This document shows positions 20,597-33,000 of a stretch of DNA of 64,000 bases, piece by piece. The number at the start of each line of letters is the position of its first letter. The first letter of the stretch is position 1. A program made the position numbers and the translations under genes. This DNA is from a virus (taxonomy: Duplodnaviria; Caudoviricetes), in IMG/VR virus record IMGVR_UViG_3300037400_004242; one strand, 5' to 3'. The notes beneath the pieces are model-generated. The model made no database searches. It was not told the DNA's origin and saw only the letters and a program-made list of their open reading frames with translations.

Positions 20597-23500
20597 ATGG
20601 AGAAAGAGAAAAATATTAGTTTGACAGGAAATTTTGATAAATCAATAAAAGAACTAGATTCTAATATAACGAATCTTATTAATCAATTTTTTGGTGTATG
20701 GAATAAGATTGATAATAGTATTTCGGATTCATCTAGTGTCGTTGCAAATTATTTAAATACATTATCTGAAATAAAAAGTCATTTAGATGATATTCAAAGT
20801 CAACAAGTAAAAAACACTTTGGCTAAAAATGTTCAAACACAAAAAGAATTATTAGATGCTTTTTTAAAAACAAAAGCAGAACTTGATAATTTCGTGCATG
20901 GATTTCAAAAGTCTGCGGATGAAACTATAAAGAAAGAAATTACAATTAAATTAAATTTTAATCAATTTAATATTTTAAATAATTTATTAAAAATATTAAA
21001 TAACAATCAATTAAATGCAAAAGAAATAAAAATATCAAATCAATTTCAACTTGTAAATGAAAATAACTTGGCTACAGTTTTATCTTCTGCACAATCGCAA
21101 GTTCCTAATATTCCTGATAAAACAGAATTGGCTGTACAATCTATTCAAAATGTACTAAACATTATGTTGCAAAATCATTATAGTTTAGCTATGATTGCAA
21201 GCGGTTTGAGAGAAGATGTACAAAAAGCATCCAATATAAGGGATATAAAACAAACACAAATTTTAGCTGAAGTTTTAACAGATTTAAAAGAAACGACATT
21301 TAATCCTGACGAAGAAGTACGAAATAATAAAAAAATAGAAGATTTAAAAGAACAAATAGATAAGAGCTTAAAAGAAATTATTGATATTCGTAAAAATTCA
21401 ATAGATTATTCAGCTACAGATTCTATTAATAAAGATTGTGATGAAATTCTTCGTATGCTTGCAACTATGAAAGCGAATATAGATGTTGCAGAGCAAGAAC
21501 TTTATAAAAAAGATGAAGACAGAACTTTAAGTACGGTTGACGTATATCAGTTACTTCATTTAAATTTGATAAATACTTATAGTCAACAAGCAGATACGAT
21601 TCAAAAAAAGATAGAAAATTTATCCAAAAGTATTCATGAATCTGTTGCAGAATCATTAAAAGAAAAACATAAACAGTTAGATGACCCAGAATCTTTTACT
21701 TATAAACAAACAGAAAATGAATTACAATATCGAAGAATATCTGATATAAAAAATGTTTTGCCAAAAAATGATTCTTTAAATAAAGTAATTACATCATTAC
21801 GTATGAATCCTGATAAAATGAATAAATTAACGTTTATGTCAAATCAAGATTTTGGTAAACAAGTAAACGATGTTCGTAGAAATAATGCAGTTTTTGCAGA
21901 CAAAACGAAAAAGTTTTTAGATGAAAACGTTTCAACTAATTTAAACCATAATCAAATTTCTTTGGCTGAAATTACAGGAACGGCACAGGTTGTTGGTGAT
22001 TCTAATTTAAAATTAGCAAGGACAATTAATACAAATACAAATCCATTAATGTATAATCTTTTTGCTTCAAAATCCGAAAAAGAACAATTAGACTTAATAA
22101 AAAATAATATTGAAGATACAGTAAAAATGATGAATCGTATATTGTTATCTTATAGTGAATTAGAAGAAAAACCTGATTCTTATTATTCTTTAAGAAAACA
22201 AAAAGATGCATTACAAGATGAATTAACAAAAATTAATAATTTACAAAATTCTTTTAGTGAATTGGCAAGTGTATTACGATTAGCAAATTTAGCTCGTAAA
22301 AAAATCATGGGAATGTTAGCAGGTGGGTTAACATTTTTAGGAATTGGAGCTATTTTACATCCAATGCAATTATTGTCTCAATTTATAGAATCATCAAAAC
22401 AATTAGGACAATCAAGTTATCAAGTTGCGATGACAGATTTTTCTACAGGAGCGTCTATTGATAGAGGAAACATACATGATTTAGCTTTTCAAACTCCTGA
22501 TTATTATTTTGGTTTAACGTATGGACAAATTGGGATGCAAGAAGTTCCTAATTTACATCGTTCTCTTACAAGAATAATTGGTGGACAATTTGGTAATTCT
22601 CCTTCTCAAAATCGTAGTGATATGGCATATTTTGCAAAAAATATGACAGCAGATAAAAATTTGTTAGGTATAAGTGATGGAACGATAGGAGAAAATTTAA
22701 AGATTTTTTATCGTGATTTGGGAATGTCTGCGCAAGAAGCCGCTACGTATTTAAGAAGATTAGAATCATATGCGATGATGTCTCAAATTCCTATGGAAAA
22801 TTTCTTAGGCACAATTTCAGGAATGTCTGAGAGTTTACGAAATTTAGGTGTTCATACTAAGGTATTTGTTAATGCGTTAACATCTATGGTTAATTTCCAT
22901 AATATGCGTATTGAAGATGCTCGTAATATGATTCAAGAAACTGCTCAAAATGCAAATAGTTTTTCAAGTGATTGGGCAAGAAATATCTTTTGGGGAATTC
23001 AACGTGCTAAAAAAGGTGAAGACCCATTTAAAGTTTTGTTAAGAGGATATAAATCTCATGATAGAAATGGGAATGTAATACCTGAGTATTATGATTCATT
23101 AGTTGATAGAATGTTTGATGAAGCGAAATATTTTGGTACTCGTTGGGGTGGAAATCCAAACAATTCTTTAAATACAGTAGATATGTATAGTCGTTTATTA
23201 GAAGATGGGTATACATTAAAGCAAGCAAATACAATTGTACATTTACATCAGGAAGGAAAATTAGACGAATTAAAAGAAAAATTAAAAGGATATGATGAAT
23301 TAAATCAGAATCCTATGGCTCCTGCAAATACAACGAAAGAATATGCGGCAGAATTGAAAAAAGCTGGAAGTCAATTAAGTGAATTTACAAAGATTCAATC
23401 AGACTTAACTCGTGCAATTAATCAAATTGCAGATAAATTCAATAATGAATTAGGACCACAATTGTCAAAAGGATTGCCATTGATTGAAGCTATTTTAGCT

Positions 23501-26500
23501 AAATATGTGGCAGGAATGGAAGCAATTATAAAACGTATTGGTGGATTCTTAAGTTCTCCAATTGGGAAATGGTATTTAAATAATTTTGCAAATAATCCAA
23601 TTGAAACAATTGCAGGAACAGTAGCCGCAGGAACTTTAGCAAGATATGGTATGAAAAATTTGACTAAAGCAGGATTTAATTCATTAAAAGGGATGATTAC
23701 AGGAAAACCAACAAAATCACCTATTAATATTGGAGGAAAATATGGGAAAATAATTGCAGGTGGTGCAATATTAGGTACTGCTTTGTTGGGTGCTTTTGTA
23801 GGTACAGCAAATGCAAATGCGATGTACGATGATAGTGAAAATGATATTAAAGATAAAAATGATGAGCAAAAGGCACTATTGGTATCCATGTTTCAAACTG
23901 GGCAAGCAAGTGCTACTATTATTGGTAATTTAGCAACGAATATTCGTGATAATCATTTAGGAAAAATCGCAGGAATTTTAGTGGCAGGAGGTTTTGTATC
24001 TATTGCTTCTGCTTTTATTGCTAGATTTATTTCTAAACGAAATCAAGGAAAATTTTTAAGTAAATTAAGTAAATATAAACATCGTGATTTATTAGAAGAA
24101 TTAGCAAAACCAAAAGAATTGAGTAAAAAAGCAAAGAAAAATTTAGCTAGGTATGATTTAAAAAAGAAAAAATCCAAAAAGATTCGTACTTATTTAAAGA
24201 AAAGAGCACAATGGTTGGCTGATGTTAAGGCTTATAATGAACGAATTAAAGTAAATCGTAGAATTTCAAAGCACAATAAAAAAATGCATGAAATAAAAAT
24301 TCAAAAAATAAAACAAATGAGGATGAAAGCTCAAAATCATTTAAGCTGGATTCGTAAATTAAAAATTGGTGGTGGAGTATTAGCCGTCGCAGGTGCGATT
24401 ATATTTGGATTAGATGCATACTTTAATCGTGAGAAGAATCAAGAAGAACAAGAAGATAAGCAAAGTGAATCACAAGGGGATTTAATAAATCCACAACCAT
24501 TTGTTCAAAAATCAAATCAAAGTATTGCAGATTATAACAAAAGAGTAGATGAACAAAATCAAGAAATACAAAAAGAAAATTTAGCAAATCAAGTTAAAGA
24601 ACAAAATCAAAACTCAAATCAAGATAGTTTAGCAAAAAATCCTCCAACAAAACAACAAACAGATAAACAACAAAAAGAAGCAAGTAGAAATGGTGCTGAT
24701 TCACAAGCCCAATCTGCACAATATGCTGAAGTTGTTAAAAATACAAAACAACAAATAGAAGCATATCAAAAAGAGAAAGAAATGGAACAGCAGTATTTGA
24801 CTTATGACAAAACTGCGCAAGATATTTCTTTGTCGAATAATAATTTTGTTAATAAAAATGCTTCTAATTTATCGAATCATATTGAAGGATGGAAGAAAAC
24901 AGGTGAACATGAAAAGAGAATTTGGGGAGATAGCTATCGACAATTTTTAGAAATCTATGGAAATGAAGCTAAAGCATTGCAAATGGCGGCACAAGCATTA
25001 GCATCTGCTCGTGTAGCAGGTGGTGGTGGAATAAATGGTGCTCCACAATCATTTGTTGAATATGGTACTAAAATGTTACAAAGTGCTCCACCAGAAATAC
25101 GTCAAATGATAAAAAATGCGCATGATAAATATCCAAATGTTCCTGAATATGTTATTGCGGCAATTGCCGCACATGAAAGCGGATTTCAAAATGTAATGAA
25201 TGGTCAAGGCTCAGGTGCAACAGGTATGATGCAAATAATGCCTGGTACAGCCGCAGGAGTTGGATACGGAGACGAAGATAGATTGCTTCATGACCCACAA
25301 TATAATTTAATGGCAGGTACAGCATATGTAAGCACTTTAGCATCTAATTATGATTCATGGGCAAAAACTATATCTGCATATAGTTTAGGCGGTGGAGCGA
25401 TTAATGGTTTAATTAAAAAATATGGAAACGATTGGTATAGACATTTGGAAGAAGCGGATGAAGCGTCAGGTGTACCTGGTCAAACAACAAATTATTTAAA
25501 AAGTTTGGGATTAATGGATGGAAATGGAAATTTAAAACCTGAAAATGCAAGTTCCGTATCTATATCTCCTAGTGTGTCTAGTCCTCCAGGCGCAGAATAT
25601 AGTGGGAATTTAGGTGTTGATTTTTCTCATTTAAGATGGAGTGGATTCGTAGCAGATAAAGGATGGGACCATAGTTATGATGCACATGCAAATTCTGCAC
25701 AATATATTGCCATGGATATTGGTAGATTAACTCCAAAAGCGAAACAAAGACTAAATTTGTTTACTCAATTATATGCAAAATATAGTGGTGGTGGCACATT
25801 AGAATGGAACGTAGCTACATTAGGGCATGACCCTGGTACGGCACATACTACAGGAAGAAAAATAGATATGGAATTGGGCGGAGTAGATGTAGATGCTATA
25901 ATAAGAGCTGGTAATGAAGCCCATGTTGGTGTAGTTAATGAAGCTGGAACTCATTTTGATATATTGTTAGAAGGAACAGGAGGTTACGAAGGAAAACTTT
26001 TAACACAACAGTTTTCTTGGGATGATGCAAATTCTAATGGTAGTCAAGGTGGCGGTGGTGTAATTCCAACTCTTAATATAAATTTAGATGCTATGAAACC
26101 AAAAACATTAAAAGAACAATGGGACGCAAGTTTAAAAGCGTATAAAATTTCTGTTGGTGAAGGAAAAACTATTAAGGGAAGATATACGCATAATGGATTG
26201 TATTTGGAAGCTGGAAAAAATGCAGAATCGTATAAAGAAGAAGATGAAAAATTAAGAAATATATATAGTAAAGCATATGATATGACAGACGGGCAAATTA
26301 CAACATCAGATAAAGTAAAAGAAAATGTCGCATTTCTTGAATCAATGTATAGAAATGGGCACGAAGAAATGATGTCTATGTTACAAGCGAAAGAAAAGAA
26401 AGCAAAACAGTTAAATAAATTAACAGAAGATTTGAAAGAATATATTTACTATAATGATTTGTTTGAAAATGTAAAGATTGCAGATTCTAGAGCAACATCA

Positions 26501-26503
26501 TGA
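20597..26503 (+). CDS. Tape measure protein paralog B with lytic transglycosylase (SLT) and peptidase M15-like domain
   Basis: AIAAHESG, GATGMMQIMPGTA, NLMAGTAYV, AYSLG (SLT motifs); HTTGRKID...HFDI (M15-like); core homologous to paralog A; GAGGAG RBS favours ATG 20597. Confidence 0.8.
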   Translation: MEKEKNISLTGNFDKSIKELDSNITNLINQFFGVWNKIDNSISDSSSVVANYLNTLSEIKSHLDDIQSQQVKNTLAKNVQTQKELLDAFLKTKAELDNFVHGFQKSADETIKKEITIKLNFNQFNILNNLLKILNNNQLNAKEIKISNQFQLVNENNLATVLSSAQSQVPNIPDKTELAVQSIQNVLNIMLQNHYSLAMIASGLREDVQKASNIRDIKQTQILAEVLTDLKETTFNPDEEVRNNKKIEDLKEQIDKSLKEIIDIRKNSIDYSATDSINKDCDEILRMLATMKANIDVAEQELYKKDEDRTLSTVDVYQLLHLNLINTYSQQADTIQKKIENLSKSIHESVAESLKEKHKQLDDPESFTYKQTENELQYRRISDIKNVLPKNDSLNKVITSLRMNPDKMNKLTFMSNQDFGKQVNDVRRNNAVFADKTKKFLDENVSTNLNHNQISLAEITGTAQVVGDSNLKLARTINTNTNPLMYNLFASKSEKEQLDLIKNNIEDTVKMMNRILLSYSELEEKPDSYYSLRKQKDALQDELTKINNLQNSFSELASVLRLANLARKKIMGMLAGGLTFLGIGAILHPMQLLSQFIESSKQLGQSSYQVAMTDFSTGASIDRGNIHDLAFQTPDYYFGLTYGQIGMQEVPNLHRSLTRIIGGQFGNSPSQNRSDMAYFAKNMTADKNLLGISDGTIGENLKIFYRDLGMSAQEAATYLRRLESYAMMSQIPMENFLGTISGMSESLRNLGVHTKVFVNALTSMVNFHNMRIEDARNMIQETAQNANSFSSDWARNIFWGIQRAKKGEDPFKVLLRGYKSHDRNGNVIPEYYDSLVDRMFDEAKYFGTRWGGNPNNSLNTVDMYSRLLEDGYTLKQANTIVHLHQEGKLDELKEKLKGYDELNQNPMAPANTTKEYAAELKKAGSQLSEFTKIQSDLTRAINQIADKFNNELGPQLSKGLPLIEAILAKYVAGMEAIIKRIGGFLSSPIGKWYLNNFANNPIETIAGTVAAGTLARYGMKNLTKAGFNSLKGMITGKPTKSPINIGGKYGKIIAGGAILGTALLGAFVGTANANAMYDDSENDIKDKNDEQKALLVSMFQTGQASATIIGNLATNIRDNHLGKIAGILVAGGFVSIASAFIARFISKRNQGKFLSKLSKYKHRDLLEELAKPKELSKKAKKNLARYDLKKKKSKKIRTYLKKRAQWLADVKAYNERIKVNRRISKHNKKMHEIKIQKIKQMRMKAQNHLSWIRKLKIGGGVLAVAGAIIFGLDAYFNREKNQEEQEDKQSESQGDLINPQPFVQKSNQSIADYNKRVDEQNQEIQKENLANQVKEQNQNSNQDSLAKNPPTKQQTDKQQKEASRNGADSQAQSAQYAEVVKNTKQQIEAYQKEKEMEQQYLTYDKTAQDISLSNNNFVNKNASNLSNHIEGWKKTGEHEKRIWGDSYRQFLEIYGNEAKALQMAAQALASARVAGGGGINGAPQSFVEYGTKMLQSAPPEIRQMIKNAHDKYPNVPEYVIAAIAAHESGFQNVMNGQGSGATGMMQIMPGTAAGVGYGDEDRLLHDPQYNLMAGTAYVSTLASNYDSWAKTISAYSLGGGAINGLIKKYGNDWYRHLEEADEASGVPGQTTNYLKSLGLMDGNGNLKPENASSVSISPSVSSPPGAEYSGNLGVDFSHLRWSGFVADKGWDHSYDAHANSAQYIAMDIGRLTPKAKQRLNLFTQLYAKYSGGGTLEWNVATLGHDPGTAHTTGRKIDMELGGVDVDAIIRAGNEAHVGVVNEAGTHFDILLEGTGGYEGKLLTQQFSWDDANSNGSQGGGGVIPTLNINLDAMKPKTLKEQWDASLKAYKISVGEGKTIKGRYTHNGLYLEAGKNAESYKEEDEKLRNIYSKAYDMTDGQITTSDKVKENVAFLESMYRNGHEEMMSMLQAKEKKAKQLNKLTEDLKEYIYYNDLFENVKIADSRATS

Positions 26504-26521
26504 TATTTCTAATTGATAATT

Positions 26522-26549
26522 TTATTTTGTAAGTAGAAAATTGTATAAT
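26522..26549 (+). promoter_or_regulatory. TTATTT-N6-TAGA motif plus TATAAT hexamer
   Basis: TTATTTTGTAAGTAGA 26522-26537; TATAAT 26544-26549. Confidence 0.45.
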
Positions 26550-26572
26550 TCTTTTAGAAAGGACTAAATAGA

Positions 26573-27016
26573 ATGGCGAATAAAAATAAAAATGATAAAT
26601 TAATTGCTGAAATGCTTGGAGATTTAATTGACCAAAGCGAAGATACAACTGTTGTAAAGAAATATGGGAAAGAATGGGCGATGCGTCCAATTTCTTCAAG
26701 TGAATATTTAAATGCTTTAAAGGATAGTCAAAATTTAAAGCAAGATGAAATCACTCGTGTATTTGGTATGCAGATTGCAATTTTAAAACGCGGTTTAGTT
26801 TCAGTTAATGGTATTGTGTTAACTGATGAACAAAAAGATAGAATTTTAAATGCAATCAGTCCTGTTGTTCTAAACACTCTTTATAATGAGTTTGAAGAGA
26901 TTCGTCGTAAGAATGATGAAAAGTTAGATAAGATTGAAAATTCGGATTCTGAAGATGAAGAAGAAACAGATGAAGAACAAGTAGAAAAACCAAAGATGAA
27001 CACAATTGATGCGTAA
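26573..27016 (+). CDS. Second tail assembly chaperone
   Basis: WAMRPISSSE...ILKRGLVSVNG...ISPVVLNTLYNEF parallels the N-terminal half of 13676..14632. Confidence 0.7.
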   Translation: MANKNKNDKLIAEMLGDLIDQSEDTTVVKKYGKEWAMRPISSSEYLNALKDSQNLKQDEITRVFGMQIAILKRGLVSVNGIVLTDEQKDRILNAISPVVLNTLYNEFEEIRRKNDEKLDKIENSDSEDEEETDEEQVEKPKMNTIDA

Positions 27017-27018
27017 AT

Positions 27019-27057
27019 AAAAAAGGATGTGTAAAACAATAGACACATCCTTTTTTT
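27019..27057 (+). terminator. Intrinsic terminator
   Basis: aaaaaaggatgtgt / acacatcctttttt. Confidence 0.8.
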
Positions 27058-27099
27058 GTATTTTTTTAATGAGATTAATTTTTTAGGTGGGATTTAATA

Positions 27100-30000
27100 A
27101 TGAGTACAGCAACAGCTAGTATTGATGAACAAAATAAATTAAGCATAATAAAACAACATTTTGATGATATGGCAAAGCTGATTGCTGAAGTTAACAAAAT
27201 CTATAGCTCTGCTGTACAATCAATATCAAAAGATAATGAAAGTTTAAAAAAATTACAAGATGTTATGCATCAATTGGAAAACTTTCAAAAGCAGAAAGAT
27301 GCGATGTTTCAATATTTGGATAATGTAAGGGAAACATTATCGCATCAAGATTTATATCAAATTATTTCAAAACAGCAAACAAGTATTAATATAATTATAT
27401 CTAAAATACAAGCATTACAATATGATGACAATTTAGAAGAAGTCGCATCTAAAATTGAAACATATTCAAATCAGATTACTGAATTAGGTAAAGCAAATGA
27501 ATCTGATGTAAAAAATTTCGATACTCTTGTAGCAGAAGATATAAGAAATATACAAAAGCAATTTCGTGATTTCCGTGAAGCATGTATTAGAATTACAGCA
27601 AAGAAATTAACAGTACAGCAAAAAACACAGGAACAGACAAATGAATTAGAACAAAGAATACAGATGATGCAGGATATTCTTTTGAATCAAAAAAATTCTA
27701 GTCAATCTGCTCGTACTGTAAGTTCTAATTTAACTAGAATGATTAATAAGATTGCAGAAGAAGCGTCTTATTTTAATAAGAAAAAAAGTACTGTTAATTC
27801 AAGGTCTTTATTAACTTTAATTCAAAGATTAAAAAAATATCATGATTCAACAAAGAGAAAACCTCATACGATTGCTAATTTTAGTCAAGAAATTAGTGCC
27901 TTAACAGATATAACAAGTTCCTTGCTTGAAGAAGAATATCATTCTTTAATGGCAGATATGAAAAATGGAACGGAAGTTACAGCAGAACAAATTCAACATT
28001 TTAATGATATTTTTACAAAAACATTAGATAAACAGGGGAAGTTTTTAACTGGGAAATCTTTTGATATATTTGTTAAATATATGCCAAAATTAAAAGGCGA
28101 ACATGAAAGGATTTTAACGTCTTTTGAAACATTATATTCTTATCCAAAACTTGTAACGAACGCATATATTGATACTTTAGTTAATGAATTAAAACAATAT
28201 CATGAAAATCCACCTGAAGAACAGTATAACGATTATCAATTAAAACATGCAAAAAAAGAGTTAACAGCAAGTAAAAATTTTGATTATACGAATTATTCAT
28301 TAAACATTTTAGCAAATCCAAAATCTTTATATGCAAGTGATGATGTAAAAAATGCATATAAAGATTTTGGAAGAGATTCAGCTATTTATAATGAACAAAT
28401 TCAAACAATTTTAAAAAATGAAGAAATAGGAGCACAAAGAACAGGTCGTAATGTAGATGACTTATTTAAAGAAGATTTTGTGAATGGTAGATTTACTCAA
28501 CCTTTGTTAAATAATAATGATAGATTGCTTAGTTTTGCACAAAAAATTAATAAAAATGATTTAAAAAAGAACGATGTTGGCATATCAAGCGATGTAGCAA
28601 AACAATTGACAGAAGCAATCCATCAAACATATCGACAGATTCAAATCTTATCTCGTTTTGACCCTGATTCTAAATTATTAGAAGCATTAAAACAACAAGC
28701 AAAAGATTTAGAAGAACAACGTGATGATTTAGTAAAAGCAGGAAAAGATGATAAGTTAAAAGGATATGAATCTTTATTTAAATCTTTTAAAGGTGTAAAA
28801 GGATTTTTTGAAAAAGCGTTAGTTATGATGGGATTGGGTGGATTATTTTCTTTCAATAAATGGAAAGATATGATAAAAACCCGTGCAAATGAAAATGGCA
28901 AGATGATGTATAATAATTTTCTTGCAAATACTGCTATGGGGGCTTCCAATCCATATACTAATTCTTATGATTTGGTTTATAATTATGGTCAAAATGTTTT
29001 TAAGGCTTCTTATGGACAAATCGGTTTTGATGCTTATAGTAATATGTATCAAAATTTGTCTAAGAATTTAATGGGCAGAGCAGATAGGAGTGGTTCTGCA
29101 AAAGCACAAGATGCCATGTACTTTACTTATGGTATGACATTACCAGTTAATATGTATGGGATTAGTGCAGGTACTGCTACAAATTTTGCTTCGGAATTTT
29201 ATATGAATAATCGTATGAGTGCGAAAGAGACTATGGATATGTTTTATGATGTTATAGGTCGTGCTCAAAAATCAAATATTCCGATTGAAAAATATATGAG
29301 AACAATTACTACGTTAAGTCATAAATATCGTGAAATTGGATATGGTGGTAAACAAGTTGCGGCAAATATTCAGTTTATGATAGATAATGGTTTGCGTATT
29401 GAAGATGCTCAAAGTTTGCATGGTGAAATTTTAGGTGCTCAAACAAATTTCTCATTAAATAAATCAAATGCTGTATATTCGATATTAGCAGGACAAACGC
29501 ATAATATGTTTACAGCTATGTTTATGAATTTAAAAACGCATGACAGATTTGGAAACCCAATTCAAGGTAGGCAGAAATTAATTGGCGAACAAATGATGGA
29601 AAAACTTCGTATGACAGATGGAATGTTTTCTAATCCTGTCATGAGAAGATTTAATTACATGCAACAATTTATGGGCATGGGCGTTGGATTAAAAAATGCA
29701 AATTTAATGACAGATGCGGCAGTTAAAGGGGACACAAAAAAATTAGGTGCATATTTAGATGGTGCAGAAGAAGAAAAATTAAAGAAAAATATGAATTTAA
29801 AAAAGAGTGTACAAGGATTTGCTAATGAATTAGCAAATGCAAGCGCACTCTTATCAGAAAAACAAAAAAATCAAGCAAATATGATGTCTGCCGCGAATCA
29901 GATTGCGGAACATTTAGGTTCTCACAGAGAAGGTATGCAAGCGTTCTCTAATATGATTGATACAGCAACGCAAAATTTAATTAATGGTTTTGAGAGATTA

Positions 30001-33000
30001 GTACAATTTATTAATAATTTAGATTTAAAAAATATACCTGGTGCATCAAAAGCATTTGCATTTGCTATAGAACATCCATTGTTAGCATTGGGTGGAGCAT
30101 ATGCAGGTTGGAAAGGATTAAAATATGGAGCAAAAAAATTAACACAGCCATTAAGACATTGGAATGATGTTAAAGATAATGCGGCGGCAAATCAGGCAAA
30201 ACAAGCAAAAGCTCCAAAATCTTCAAATAGTTCTGCTTGGAAAACATTAAAAAATGGAATAAGAAGGTTTAAACCGAGAAGTATGGCAAGATTTATTGTA
30301 GTAGGAACAACTGCCGCAATTGGTTTAGCTACAGCTACAACAGAAGCAAGTCCATCGGAACAATATGAAAAAATACAAGAACAAAAACCAAAATCTGAAG
30401 AAGATGAAAAAAAAGCTCCAAATCAATTAGTGAGTATGTTTAAAAGTGGAAAATCAAATGCTACAATATTAACAAAAGATGGAAAACATGTATTAGTTGG
30501 TAATGAACAATACGCTGATGCAAAATCTTGGTTAACTAGAACACAAGTTCAGGTTGCTACAACAATAGCGGGAATTGCCGCAGTTACTGCGATTTCTATT
30601 CTTGCGTATAAAAAATTTTTTAAGGATATAGGACTTAATTTACCTAAGATTCCAAAATCTCCTAAAAAACCTCCTAAATTAAAAATTAAAAAAATGGATT
30701 TTTCTGACTTGAATATTATTAATCAAAAAATTATGAAAAATGATGCAATTGCAAAATCCATTTTAAGACATCAAAGAAAATTAGAAAAACAAAAAAATGC
30801 AAAAAAATTTAAAGAAAAACAACGTCGTTTAAGACAATTAAGAAAAAAACAGTTAAAATCAGGAGAATTGCGTTCTCTTTGGGAATATTTTGGGAATGGA
30901 TTAAAAGAGCTTCCAAAAACAGATTTACTTTTAATGATTGGGCTTCCTATTCTTGAAGAATTTATGAGTAGTGATGAAGAAGATGAAGAATATGGTCAAG
31001 ATGATAGAACTGCGTTGCAAAAAGTTTCCGCAGGTGTTATTGAAGGAACCCCATATTTTTTATTAAGTCAGGCATTGAGCAAAATTCCAAGAGTTGGAGG
31101 ATTTTTATCTATTGCTGTTCCTTTGGCGTTAGATGTAGCAGAACAAAATGGGTATAAAACTCCAATTTCTGATTTAACATATTATGTTAAACAAAGTTTA
31201 GGCGTTCAAAGAAAGATAAATGCATCAAACTTAGATTACTTAAATAATATGGTAAAAGAAAATACCTTAACAGGAGAAGATTTTGATAAATTAATTAAAA
31301 GTGATACTGAACAAGGAAAATATTTTAGAAAATATTTATCAAAAAATGGAATTGAATATTCAAGTTTAAATGAAACAGAAAAAGCTATTTTTAAAGAAGA
31401 AATGGATGCTTTGCTGAATTTAAGATTAGCAACAGTTCAAGTTCTTGCTATGGCAGTACAAGCATTTAAACAAGCTATGGCGGCAAGAGCAAATGCTCAT
31501 AATCTAGGTGGAGGAGGAGATAGTAATAAGCAATTAACAGCAAAAGGAAAAGAATATATTAAAAATCAGCTTGAAGCATTTTTTCCTGGCGATGATAATG
31601 AAATTACAAATCTTGACATGGCGATTCATACATATGTTTATGCACAAGATTTTATTAATGAACATGAAAGTGAGTTTGATTATGATAAAAAAAGTGCCGC
31701 TTATGCAACATTACGTTATTTAAAACATCGTATTGTTGAATTGAATGGCGGTGAGCCATATGAACTCACAGATGAAGATAATGTTGGATTGTTAGGCGAA
31801 AAATCATATATAGTTAGGGACCCATATGATAATCTTACAGGTCGTTCTGGAAGTAGTGAAGAATTGGCTAATAAAATATCTAATCCAACAGGTTATACTG
31901 GATATATTTCTGCAAAAGAAGCTAAGGAAGGTATTGGAAATACTGCTGAAGAAGATGAAGAAATAGCTAAAAGTGCAGGTTTTTATGGCGCGGCTATGGG
32001 AAATTATGAAGATAGTTTAACGAAACAATTAATTAATGATAATAATCCAGAATATGTAGAAAATAAGCCAGTTCAGCAAAATTCAGCTTCACAATCTAGT
32101 TCTTCTTCGCAAGTAGATGGAGATTATGGAGCATATGCAAGTATGGTAGAACAAGCTAAAATGATTTCTCAATTAACTGGTTTACCAACAGATGTAATAT
32201 TTGCGCAATTAGCATTTGAAACAGGTCAAAATCCATCTGATATGGCATATTCTGATAAAATTCATAATTATGGTGGTACTATTGTTGATATGGGGCATGG
32301 AAAAAATGATAGTGGCTTTGGTATTTATGTAAACAATCAAGAGGGCGCAGAAGCATATGTAAAAGGTACAGTCCCAGTTAGAGAACAATTACCACAATTA
32401 AGGGAAGCAATCGCACAAGGCGATTTGAAAAAATATGTACATTTATTAAAATATGGTATGGAAGAGTCTGGTAAAGGAAATTATCAATATTTTACTGGCG
32501 ATGAAAATGAATATTTAAATGGTATAATGTCTTATTTATCATTAGCTCATAAATTTGGGTTAAATGGAGTTACACCTAATGGTACATATGATTTTTCAGC
32601 AGTAATACAACGATTACAGAATTTAAAGCCAAAAACATTAAAAGAACAATGGGATGAAAATATAAGTAATTATAAAACATCTGTTGGTAATGGAAAAACT
32701 ATAAAAGGCGCATATACACATAATGGATTATATCTAGATGCTTCTTTATCTGCTCCTTCTATTGTAGAAGAAAATCAAAAATTAAGAGAAAAATATGCAA
32801 ATGGTTTATATAATGATGATATTACTCCATCTACTGAAAATATTATGACACCTGAAAAATTGGCTGAATTTGAAAAGAAAAAAATGTATTTATCATTTAA
32901 AGCTGTTCAAGAAGAAACAAAAATGATGATAGAAGCAGAAAGAAAAAAATCACAACAGAAGGATGTTATTTTTAGGCGAACATTGGAAGAAGCAAAAGCT

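Noticed and set aside
32138-32149. 12-nt exact match (CAAGTATGGTAG) to the putative TnpB guide starting at 13239, inside tape-measure paralog C
   Set aside because: Match stops at 12 nt, 5' flank (CATATG) is not a TAM I recognise, and a single short match found post hoc may be chance; recheck if a cognate TnpB/TldR is found
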